A stretch of DNA of 64,000 nt, taken from Lepidodermella squamata. Its lineage: Eukaryota > Animalia > Gastrotricha. Shown here piece by piece: positions 10,897 through 22,552 of the stretch. The stretch spans positions 3,162,001 through 3,226,000 of the forward strand of contig JBLDXI010000013.1 of the NCBI GenBank assembly GCA_047495785.1, read 5' to 3'. Position numbers and translations under genes: made by a program. How positions within the stretch are numbered: the stretch's first letter is position 1; each line of letters opens with the position of its first letter. The notes beneath the pieces were generated by a model. The model searched no databases, had not been told where the DNA came from, and saw nothing but the letters and a program-made list of their open reading frames with translations.

Positions 10897-13386
10897 ATGG
10901 CGAGTTTCTCAACGTTTAATCGGTTCACTTACCGTGTATTCTCGCTTTTAGCCTACGTTGCCTGTTCATCAGCAATTAAGCCCAATAAACTCGACATGCT
11001 CTACTTGATACCAATAACAGGCGACGATCCTAGGTCTGGAGTTGCTTGCAAGGCTGCTGCCCAAGTCGCGATAAATGAGGCGAATTCTCGTTACGACATC
11101 TTACCCGATTACCACATCGAAGCCTACTTCGAAGATGAAGGACCCGTTTCGCTATATTCAACAAAGGTTGCTGTCGAATTTCGTCGCAAGATCGACAAAA
11201 CCAAGTTGCAGTCACCGATTTTAGTTGGGCCTTACTTCACAGCAGGATGTGCAGGTTTGGCCAGAGCTGTCAGCCACATCGATATGGTCCAATTAGCCCT
11301 GGGTTGCTCAGCACCAAGTTTCACTCAAAACAGGCGGAAATTTCCGAATCTCTACCGGGTCAGAGCAACTGGGGAACTGTTAGGTTACGCCCAATTACAT
11401 TTCATGTCGCAAGTCGGTGGTTGGCGAAGATTCGGCATTGTGACTTACAGTGGGAATCCTTTCGACTATCAACTCGCAATTTTTCTGTACAACATTGCTC
11501 AGCAAGAAGGTTTTGAAGTCCCATTTTTCGACAGTGCTCCTGATGTGACAGAAGATCTAGTTGAAAGAGTGAAAAAATCTGATTCAAGAGTGATAGTACT
11601 CTCAACTGCAACTGCGACCTTCGCAATGAAATTTCTTTGCATCTCATATTCTATGGGAATGACTAAAGGTCGATACGTGTTCATAATTCATGGAACCTCT
11701 TACATCGAGCCTGGCAGCATGCCGCCTTACATTGGAACACCATCTTGTCGCAGAGAGATCATTCTTGAGCAATTCAAGTACGTCTTCTGGACAGCCTGGA
11801 CATCCTGGGCAACATCAGAAAATGCCCTGGAGAAATTGAAGTGTTCCCTGGGGTATTCAATGTCCGAATTTGAAATTCGCCTTTTAAATCTTACAAATGG
11901 CACAAGACCAGCTGACTACGACAAGAGAATGTATTGCCATGACGGAGCTCTTCAAGCTATTCTTGCCTTGAATGAGAGCGAGCGAAAACTCAATTCGCTG
12001 AATCTGTCTTTGAAAAATTATGTCGACAGCCCGACCAAGGTTATGCTTGTTGTAAATGAGACAATGGCCCAGATATCTTACACCGGATTTCGAATTGGCG
12101 AGTTTAAATACTCTGCTAGGGCTGAGTTCGATGCTGAAACTCAAGTTGCTTTCCAAGTCATTTCACCCTTGGCCGATATCAAACTACTGTATGAAGTTAC
12201 GATTTCGGACAAAGTTTCCTTGTTTAACTTGAGTAATTACAAGCCTAGAGTTATCTCACCGCCGGTTTGGTTAAATGAGAAAGGAGGCCCTCCTAAAGAT
12301 AGATCAACAACTATTCGGAGCCTAGCCTTTATCCCAAAGGGCTATTTCTGGACCATACTTTTCTTTGCAGTGATGATTTCTTTCACTCAAACAGCTGCAG
12401 TCGTTCTGTCGATTTTACAGATGGAAAGCGCTAGTATCAGAATAATTTTTGAGCGAATTACATTCACGATAGGATGCATCCTACTGAACACCACGTCCGT
12501 CGTAATTGCTCATGGTTTCGAGCGATCAAGTCCACCCTCGATTTGCGTGACAGGAAGGGTGTTGCTAGCTTTTGGATGTACCTTTGTCAACTCATACGCC
12601 TTAGCAAAGGCACTTTACTGCTTGAAATATCAGAGGCTCAACAAAGCATTATTTGCAAGAAAATCATCTGCTGTAGCGTATGCTCAACATGGAACCATGC
12701 TAAATGTAGAGCATATGAATCATACTAGATTACAACCAACAAAGTCAGGCCCAATCAGTCGCAGCTATTCTTCAAAATCACTCGACAGGCGGTCTTCAAT
12801 CGACGTGTTAGCTGTTAACCCTGTAACTTCGAAAAACTTGGAAAACATTGTTCCGCTCGTCACGACTATAATATTTCTACTCACAATCGTTTACATGGCT
12901 GTATGGACAGGTTTCGATGCACCTAAAATACTCATACTCACGCCGAGTCCTGAGTTGACATATAATGAAGAAACAGATGAGTTTTATTCTGTTCAAGTTG
13001 TTACATGTAGAACGAAAAACGATGCATCATGGATTACGGCTTGGGTGGCTCTTCATGCTGTCCTATTAGGAATTGGCTCATTGGCGTCTTATGAGCTTCG
13101 AACATATCAAAACATAACCGGATTATACGTCAAAGATCTCTCGCAAACGCGGGCACTGAGTGTGATCCTGTTAACCCTTTGGCTTGGCGGAATACTGATT
13201 GTTGCGGTGCTGACCTATCCTACAGATCAGCATATCGCGGTGTCTGTTATCGCTTTATTGATCTCAGTATCAAGCTCATCCACTGTATTCTTCAAATGCT
13301 GGGAATATTTGCAGAGTTACGGAAAGCCCAAGATAATCCATTCAGGATTCCAATCGACGAACAATTTGAATTTGCATGTCTTGTGA
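10897..13386 (+). CDS. GABA-B-like class C GPCR, intronless, 829 aa
   Basis: AINEANSRYDILPDY, FPNLYR, PPKDR, 7TM. Confidence 0.9.
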   Translation: MASFSTFNRFTYRVFSLLAYVACSSAIKPNKLDMLYLIPITGDDPRSGVACKAAAQVAINEANSRYDILPDYHIEAYFEDEGPVSLYSTKVAVEFRRKIDKTKLQSPILVGPYFTAGCAGLARAVSHIDMVQLALGCSAPSFTQNRRKFPNLYRVRATGELLGYAQLHFMSQVGGWRRFGIVTYSGNPFDYQLAIFLYNIAQQEGFEVPFFDSAPDVTEDLVERVKKSDSRVIVLSTATATFAMKFLCISYSMGMTKGRYVFIIHGTSYIEPGSMPPYIGTPSCRREIILEQFKYVFWTAWTSWATSENALEKLKCSLGYSMSEFEIRLLNLTNGTRPADYDKRMYCHDGALQAILALNESERKLNSLNLSLKNYVDSPTKVMLVVNETMAQISYTGFRIGEFKYSARAEFDAETQVAFQVISPLADIKLLYEVTISDKVSLFNLSNYKPRVISPPVWLNEKGGPPKDRSTTIRSLAFIPKGYFWTILFFAVMISFTQTAAVVLSILQMESASIRIIFERITFTIGCILLNTTSVVIAHGFERSSPPSICVTGRVLLAFGCTFVNSYALAKALYCLKYQRLNKALFARKSSAVAYAQHGTMLNVEHMNHTRLQPTKSGPISRSYSSKSLDRRSSIDVLAVNPVTSKNLENIVPLVTTIIFLLTIVYMAVWTGFDAPKILILTPSPELTYNEETDEFYSVQVVTCRTKNDASWITAWVALHAVLLGIGSLASYELRTYQNITGLYVKDLSQTRALSVILLTLWLGGILIVAVLTYPTDQHIAVSVIALLISVSSSSTVFFKCWEYLQSYGKPKIIHSGFQSTNNLNLHVL

Positions 13387-13396
13387 ATTGTTTTTA

Positions 13397-14921
13397 TTAG
13401 CGAATAAGCATCAGTAATATGAATGCTAAAGTGGGAAGTGATTGATTATTTTCTATCTGACAAGCGGATGATGCAGGGGGTAGGTAACCTCTGGGTAGCA
13501 TTTCGTCAAGATCGGCTAAAACATAAGTAACCGTTGCCCATACAACGGAACTCCGATCCAACTGAACGCTGTCCAGAGCATTAATAGTATCGGCCTTGGT
13601 ATGGTGATACCAAAAATATTTGTCCATCTGCGAAAACAACTCAGCACCCGGGACATTGTTGAAAACGACAAATTGATAAGGATCTCCCGGGACGGTCCCA
13701 TCATTTGCCAATACATCTGCATCAATTGGTGATAGCAAATCCATTACCTGCTGCATAATTAGTTGAGAGGCGTTAGTGCCAGTGTAATGAAGCCCTAAGG
13801 GATTTAGAGTCCCTGAATCGCTTTCCATGACGATGCTCATTTTGTCCGACTCATTTTTATGTAACGCATAGTAAGCCAGACCTCCGAGCCCTCCGAATTC
13901 TTCTGCAGCCCAGAAAACAGCTCTCATTGTACGTTTTGGTCGTAGGCCGAGTTCTGTTATGGTAGTCAACGTTTGCCACGTGATCGCAACCCCACCTCCG
14001 TCATCCATTGCCCCTTCACCGAGACCGACTGAATCGAGGTGGCAGCCGAATACAACAAGTTGGTCTGGGTACTCGGACCCTTCAACTTCGGCTACAATTG
14101 TTGTGCTAGACCCAGTTCCATTGTAAGTTGTGTCGAGCTTCAAATTAATGATCAACTCTTTGCCAGCCAATTGTAGTCTGTAAAGGAATTCAGCATCTTC
14201 AACGGTGATGCTTGCCACGGGAATGTCCGGGACATCTGGCGAAGCAGCCGCCTTGAGACCTGCAAAGAAGAAAAGCATTATTCATATAATTGAAATATCA
14301 GCTTGAAATACCGATATGCAGAGTGTACAGGGATTGAGAAGTTACGCTTCGGACTAGGGCAGCGACGGCACCCCGTTGGGCTGCTCTAACTGAGCCATAA
14401 CCACGATACTTGCTTGCCTGGCTGTAGCTAATCCACGGCTGGTTGTACACAACAATTTTTCCCCTTATCGATTCATCCGGTAGAGCGTCCAGTTCATCAA
14501 AGGATAAAACAACAATTGCATGGGCAGTGATTCCACCCTCTGGTGTTGCTGTGCTATTGTCCAGCGCAGCAACAGCAATGTCTCGTATTCGTGGCGATAT
14601 CAATTGAGCGTGACCTTCGCCTCGCGTCCAAATCGGAATGTTGTGAACCTCTTCCGTCCATACTCTTGAAATGCCTCTCTGTTGTTTCAGCCTTGAAATG
14701 AGATAATCAGCAGCCTTTTCATAGGATTCACTAGAGGCAACTCTTGTGCCAAATTCATCTGTGAAGTTTGCCAATTTTCGATAGGTCTCGCCTTTACCAG
14801 GGCCATTCATCAAATAGTCCCTTATCTGATCAGAAACATCCTTGTATTCTTTCTGTATGTCGTGAGCTGCTTCAGCTGATGTTAAGAGGAATAATGCTAT
14901 AATTAAGATCCAACTCCACAT
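13397..14921 (-). CDS. CPQ: Carboxypeptidase Q (M28) paralog 1 with GPI-like C-terminal tail, 2 exons
   Basis: Signal peptide; PA domain (GKIVVYNQ..GAVAALVRS); HLDS, GAMDDGGG, AEEFG, ESDSG, YHHT; intron 14260-14311 gives 490 aa. Confidence 0.92.
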
Positions 14922-16188
14922 GATGAACACTAAAGAGGTTAAGAACAAAGTAAATTATGCGTAGTCAAGAGCAGGATATAAAACATAATGATAAGAGGCA
15001 AGTACCGAACGAAGGCAAGATAAAAACATCCACGTAAAGCTGCCTTCAATATATATTCAATATATTCGTTTTTGTTCCTGGAAAATAAAAAGTCTAAATC
15101 TGCAGCGAAGTGCGTAACTGTTTTTTCCAAAAAAAAGGAATTTGGGAAAAATACCTATTATTTATGTTTGCGTTTATATATTTTCACCACTTGAAACGGT
15201 GTGACCCACAACCATAGACAATGATGTAACAGATTAGACACTCACACTTTTTTGTTTTCGTTAATCCATAAATATGCAAACTAATTTGAATGAATTGATT
15301 TTAAAGGTGGAAAAAGATACACATCTCCAAAATTTTTGAAATGTTGATAAAAAGAATCTCCGTCTGTCAAGGATTCTAAAATCAAAGGCTCATCGCGCGA
15401 TTCGATGCCGTTGATTTTTAAATTGAAAATCAAAAATGTGCATTACAATTTAGTTGTTAAGTCCTTATTTTATTTTTTTCGCGTGGCCACATATTGTTTT
15501 TTTTATTTATTTCTCAAGACATTAAACATGCAAGACATGATTTAGTAAAAATATTCATTGAACTATCAAGCTAGATAGTAACATGTCTATCGTTCAGTCG
15601 ACAGCTTACTGTCGAATTCAAAGAACAATCTTTGAAACTTCGCCGTGAACCTTAACTCTCTCTTCAGAAGTGAACAACCTCGAAGGCTGCAAGAAAAGTA
15701 TTACCGCCGATTTTTCATTGCAATATTACAAGGGAATGGTAGCACCATTTTAGTATCTTCCTTTGTCGATAAATTGATCTTTAGCTAGCTTATTTGCGTT
15801 AAGAGGCTTCCATCTGGAGTTAAGTTATGCCAAGGTGCTCAATAAATAGATACCTATGAATGTTTGTTAAAAGGTTTTATTGTAGTGGGCTCATTCCAAC
15901 TTCGAGTCTACGCGAGGACGAATTCCTATATTCCTATATTCGTACTTTTCTTTTACTTTATCGTCCAACGGTAATACAATGCCGCGCATTACTTAGTAGC
16001 ACCAAGGCACTAAGCACTCTGCGCTATGGATGCAAAAGGTCAAGTTGAGTGCTTATTCGTCATTATTCGTCATTAAAACGCCAGCCAAACGACTTGCATT
16101 CACTTAGCCACTAATGAGCCCGACGAAGATCTTCGATCTCTGCTCAGCCAATCTCTACTCGAGTTCTGCTCTACCAAGAAACAGCTAA

Positions 16189-16427
16189 TTCAATATTAAA
16201 ATGTGCCCTCCAATATGGGAATATATGGAATAAGGAAATAACGGCCTGTCATTATTGTTTAAGACAAGACGGGACAAACCGACATCAGGGAGGACAGTGT
16301 CAACAACATCTACTTCAATATTAAAATGTGCCCTCTAATATGGAAATATTTGGAATAAGGAAATGACGACCTGTCATGTTTACTAAGGACGAGCCGGGAT
16401 AATCAGATGACAGGGAGGGCAATGTCA
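16189..16427 (+). repeat. Diverged 125-bp tandem duplication upstream of the lectin gene
   Basis: TTCAATATTAAAATGTGCCCTC...GGAATAAGGAAAT...CAGGGAGG.CA.TGTCA at 16189 and 16314. Confidence 0.85.
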
Positions 16428-16451
16428 TTTTTAAATCATCTTGAAGTGAGT

Positions 16452-19400
16452 ATGTTGCTCGAACAATTTTTGTTTGTGTTGCTGTTGATCTCCGCTACTG
16501 ATGGCGGATCGTTATTCAAAAGATTTTCAGATAAGGCCATATCTGTTAACCCAACTAGTGGGCTATCTGATTTGGTGAAATTCACCTTGCCGCTGACATT
16601 GAGTATTGATCAAGAAGGAAAATGCGTCTCGTTCTGCTCAGCCGAGCCTAGCTGTCAATCGGCTCATTTTAAAAAAAGTACAAAGACCTGCAATCTGTTC
16701 AAAGTGCCAGCTTTCAACTCGACGGTAGCTACACTGATTTCCGATACGGATTACACAGCTTTCTCCGTAGCTGGCCCTAAAGGTCCATGTGGTGGGAAGT
16801 GCCGGTTTGAAACTTTGAAAAGGATTGTCAACAAAGCGCCATGTTGGAAAAAATTCGAAACTGACAAGTCTCCGAATTGCCCTGTCGAGATTTTGGACTA
16901 CGACACTTCATACATCAGCGATTTGGCCTACTCTTCGAGCTCAGTTACAACTGATAACGTACTTGGTGTTCCTTCCGAACCGGCTGCATTTGCCCGAATC
17001 ACAGCAGGTCATCTACATCCTGGCTGCGTAGCTCGAAATTCCGCGGTCGGTTCTTGGTTCAGAATCGATTTGCAACGTTTCGCTTGGCTGACACGATTTC
17101 ATTACAAGTGTTTTGACGCCGCCTGTTTTCAGCAAATTAAGATGGATTATAGCCTTGACGACTTGTCTTATCGAGCCGTTTCATCTGGTAGAGGATTGCT
17201 AAGGGTAAAAACGGAATGTTTACACTGCACACTGCATGAAATATAATATCACATTTAGCTGCTGAACGGTACAACGGGGGGAACAAGTGTTTTCACCTTC
17301 TTTCAGCCAATACTTCTACGGTACTTCCGAATCACGTCTACTATTGAGACCGGATATCCGAATTACCTGAGGTGCGGCGCTTTTCGCTTCGATGGGTGTC
17401 CGGCTAGCTGTATGGACCCATTGGGACTTGAAAATGCCGAAATTGATGACATTCAACTTAGATCGTCAAGCGTTACAGCGGCTCCATTACATTCCCGCCT
17501 GAATTGGGAGATGGCCACGGCATTGAATTCGGCCTTTTTAACAATCGATCTAAGAAAACAAACCATAGTAACTGCAATACAAATCCAGGGCTGCAAGCGG
17601 TTAAATACCTGGGTTACTGCTTTTACGCTGCAATTCAAGAAGAGGCCTGCTGATAACTGGGAATACGCTGTTGACAGCCAAGGCCTTCGAATGTTCTCTG
17701 GAAACACGGATTCATCGTCTGTTAGGGTGATAATGCTTCCTATGTTCATTATTGGCCGCTTTTTCAACGTTTTTCCAATGGCCCCGCTAACCAACGCCTG
17801 TTTCCGCGTTGAACTCCTTGGCTGCAGAAGTAGGATTTTATAAATGATTTAACCTGAATTACATTTTCCGTGACAAAGGAGCTCCACAAGTACAACAGGA
17901 TGTCTTGTCGACATCTCCTATTGTAGCAGCTTCTGGTATGCCCCGAAACCTGTTGAATGCTAAGCTGGAGGCTGTGACCACTCCCCGAGAAATTCGCAAA
18001 CAAAGCATTCAAAACTGCACCCGCGTCGAAGCTGGGTTAAGTATTCGACCCTATGTTACATTCGATCTTGGCTCGATAAAGCAAATCACCCGTGTCGAAG
18101 TTGTTGCGCCCAGTTTACCACCGATAGTCACTCTTAATCCGGATGGACTGTGGCTTTTCGATATTGTTCATGGAACAGATGATCTATCCCACAACGGAAA
18201 CCACGCCATTATGAGTCCAGCAATTACTTACAAATCCGGCGTCGATGGGAGGCCACTTGGCGCAGTGCAGTGGCCCGGCGTCGACCGAGCAATTCTAGTT
18301 CCAACCAACGGGATAAAAATGCTTGATTTGAGTAATGGTTTTACATACGGAATGTGGGTCTACTACCCCAGTGCAACGACGGGAGATGTTTGGCTGATGC
18401 GAAGTCACTCGAAGACTGGGGAAACCAGACTTAACGTAAGAATTTTAAACAGCAGCCGAGCACTTGAAACCGACTACACCGTTGGCTTGACGTCCTGGAA
18501 ATGGCCTGATCAATTCGCCAACGAAAAAGTCATTGTCCCAGTAGATGCGTGGTTTTTCTTCGCGTTAACCGTAGACTGCAGGAGTGGTATAGGTCGGATT
18601 TTCATCAACGGTTCTGATAGAGGTATTGCATACATTGGCTGTTCGTCAGCCGATGCGATGAGACTTTCGCGGTATTTCGAAGTTCGAGGTGCTTGGAGTG
18701 GCAAAATTTCTTGCATGCAATTTTATCAACGCGCCCTAGATCATTCGGAAATCGAGCAAGCGATGTCTTGCCCTTGGCTAAGTTCGCTTTCCGCAACTTT
18801 CATTTCTATTTTCATAATTTACCTATCCTTTAGCGAAACCTGCGCTATTTATCTATCCCCTGGCGTGCTCTGTTGACGACGTACTGCGCATGGGTGCCAA
18901 TTTCTCTTTCGCTGGATCCCCAACATGTTCGACTTACAATTCTTATGTTTCAACGTAAGTAAACTTCATCAGAGATTTTCGCGCAGGATGTTACTCATTT
19001 TAGAGCATGGAACCTGGCCACTTCGACATCATTTTTATCCATTGCCATCGGATCTTCACCTGCACTTGATCTTCAATATTCTTTCTCTTTGCTTGTCCAC
19101 ATTCAACCAGCATTAGAAACAAATGGCACTCTATTCGGATGGGAGAGAAACAACTCGGCATACAACTTCATTTCATACAAGAACGGAAAATTCGGCGTCA
19201 GCTTGACTTGCCGTGGGGCAGCTACGGCCAATGTAGCAACTTTCGAAATAAGACCAGCGGGAAATTGGTTCCATCTTGCGCTAGTCTACGACCATGCAAC
19301 AGCGACGGCAAAGGTCTACCAGGAAGGCGTCGTAGCCGCGACTTTGGACATGCCATGCTCCGATGGCCTTGAAACGAATCAAAGTTCATTCCGAATCGGG

Positions 19401-22004
19401 TCGTGGACAACATTTAGCGTTGCTTGCCTCCAAATTTACAAGGCTGCTTTAACGAGAACAGAAATAAACTACTTGAGGAGATGCCCAATCACATCTATTT
19501 CTGATATGAGAGCAGTTTTCAGCGCACCACTTGATGGGAATTACAATCTTAGGTCGGTAATTGACGAGAGCACTCTCTTCGCGACTGCGAATGTTGCTGG
19601 TAGCGGCTTTCCTTGGCAAATGGGCACAGATGACATAGCAGCGAAATCAGTCGACCTAACAAACAATAACTTCTTGTATGTTAACGCATCTGCTTACTTG
19701 TTTGGTAAGGGCAGCAAAGCTACAACGGCGTATGCTGTTGGAGTATTTCACTACAATCGAGTCAATACATCTGGCGCTGTGACTCCCGTCATTCAGATGT
19801 ACGACTCATCCAATAGAATAGCATGCCAATTGCGATTGAATTTGTCGAGAACAGCATTGTATACCGCTCAGCTTGAATCTAGCAGTGGAGCCATCTCTTC
19901 CTATGATGACTCATACACCAACGCATGGAACTTTCAAAATAGGTGGGCTCATCACATGATCGCCTATGAAATGGACAGTACTCCCAGACAATTCAGGGCC
20001 TCCATCAATGGGTATAGATTTGTTAGGATACCCATCGGAAGTTCAAACCCGCTGCTGATCGATCGTTTGACCCTAGGCCAGGAAATGTTGGCAGGCTCAC
20101 AGGGCAACGCTGAGTTTGCATGTCTAACAATTTTCCAAGGCTATCTCGCGCAGTATCAGGCTGCTGAGCTTGCTAGAGCGTGTCCATCATCAACCATACG
20201 TAATTTAAATATAAACAGCAACTTCGATTCATATCGTTAACATTTCTCATGCAGTTGAGGGTCATGTTTGCGAGAATGACCTTTCTTACAACGTTCAACA
20301 GATCACGGTATCTTCTGCGTACACATCGGCCGCTAATGTAACCTTTGATCAAGGTGCAGGAGTAAACAAGCTTTGGCAGGGCGATGCGAATACCCCAGGC
20401 TCGATTGCTTGTTGCTGGCAGCCGGCCACAGTTGACAGTAATCAGTATTTTCAAATAGCATTTGATCGAGAAATGATCATAACATCAATGGCCACGCAAG
20501 GGGATTATTCAACTGGTAATTATATAACTACATTCCGCCTGAGCACTGGTAATGGGCTGAACAAGCTAGTCGAAATTAAGGACCCAGCAACTGGTGTTGC
20601 TATGGTCAGTTCCCACTATGCACTGATACATCAAAACTGAACTCCAATTATTTGCAGATCTTTAATGGAAATTCAGATTCCAGGGGTGTGGTATGGCATT
20701 ACTTGCGGCAATACGTCACCGCTCGAATCCTACGGCTGCGACCGGCAACTTATATAGGTGGAATTGGTCTTCGCTGGAGTGTAAGAGGCTGCTCATGTAT
20801 GTCCTTGAGATGCATAGCTTTCAGTTCACATCTAAGATGGTTCATCGTTTGTTCATCTGCAGATCTAGGCTGTAACGCAGAATTAATGGATGGAAGCACT
20901 GAGTTCAATTATTCGTCAACTATATTCTATCCCGCCGGTGATTATCAATACGCCTATCTTTTCGACTCCCTGGTAGATTGGCAGCCAGCTGCAAGTGATC
21001 CGCAACCTTGGTTGCAAGTCATATTCGAAGGGTTGAGAATAATCACATCTTCGCTCGTGCAATGCAGCAGAAACTCAACAGCCTGGATAACTAAATACCA
21101 CTTGACGAGCAGTCTCGACGGCAAGTTGAATTGGGTCGCTCACACCTGGCGAAATAACGGCTCTCGGATCCGCATTTTGGACGGACCAACTGCCTCGCGG
21201 AATCCTCAGCCAATGATCAACTACCTAAATCCTTCGATCACTGCGAAATCAGTTCGAATTTATATTGACGACTTTTTCACAGCGCCAACTGGCCGTTTCG
21301 GATTCAAAGGCTGCATCTACTCAGATTTCGCGACTGACAATCTTGCCTCCCTAGGGCTTGTGATCAATGTTGGTGACAGAGTACCGAACTCCGCAGTTGA
21401 GGCCCAATTTCAGCAATCCTGCAATCCAGCGATTCAGAAGCTGTATTACAACAGCCGAATTCCAGTCGCATGCGTAAACCAAGTCTCTGGGCGTTACTTC
21501 ACCGTTTCCAGCTTTGCGCCTGGTTCTTCCATTGATTTGTGCCAGATCAGTGCGTTCAACGACAATGCAACTGATTTCGCGGCTTACAAAACTGTCCGCA
21601 CAAACAACACCGGAATTTCTGCATCAACTTTAATCGCGTTGACTATGCCTGGATCGACTAGTGGAAGTGCGACAATAGCTCAAAATCATTGGCTGCAGAT
21701 TGATCTCGGATTTTCTGTTGCGATTTCTAGAATCACCTTATCGACACAGGCTGATGGAAACTGGGTGGATGAAAACGCACCAGGCGTCGTGAAACTTGTT
21801 TTTCGCGTTGGAGAATCAGTTGGCGATTTGGCAATGACGAACGACGATATTTGCGACATTTTGAGCGATAGTTCTCAGATGCCGAATGTCGTCCCGGGGC
21901 AAGCGTTCAACGCCGATTGCACGCCTCCTTTGAACGGGCGTTACGTCACCGTCGTAAACGAAGGCTACCAGGCGATTCGAGTTTCTCGAATAACAACCAT
22001 ATGA
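16452..22004 (+). CDS. Large secreted mosaic protein: PAN/apple, F5/8-C x2, split F-lectin-like domain enclosing LamG x3 + F5/8-C x2, terminal F-lectin-like domain
   Basis: Signal peptide; CVSFC..EPSC...TCNL (PAN); WFRIDL, LTIDL..IQIQG, FNGNSD, LRVELLGC (discoidin); WFHLALVYD (LamG); WLQIDLG...GRYVTV (F-lectin); about 7 short GT-AG introns link the listed ORFs. Confidence 0.8.
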
Positions 22005-22552
22005 CTCATGCCTGCATACCTGCTTACCTGATAAACAATTTGCCGCTTGGCATTGGGAATCAAACATTCGTTAGGACCGTAGTTGTCTTAGTTGATATTG
22101 AGTTGTTTGCTATGAAGCATATCTGGTGAATCACACTTTATCGGTCTCAGAGCATAAACACATTGTGATATCTCAAAAGATCGTTAGGTTCTACCGGCCT
22201 TCTTCTTATCGGAACTATGCATTACTCTTCTTTGGACCTTCGAAGAATAAAATGCAATTAGATCAGTTTTGACTGCACATTATTGTTTGGGGGCGAAACA
22301 TTGCCTCTTTAAGCATTATCTGGAGTCACAATGGTGTAACTATATTAGGCCAATATGCTCACCAAGGTTGGAAAACGTAATTCAGAAGCAGAATAAAATC
22401 GTGGCTCACAAACATGTTCATTTAGAGGCATACTTTGCCAAAACAACAATAGGCAAAACGTTAACTCAAGTTCGCTGCACTATTCGAGAAACACTCCATT
22501 GTGAACAAAACAATAAGCTACACACTCAGCAAGCAATTCAGTGGCTCAACCG

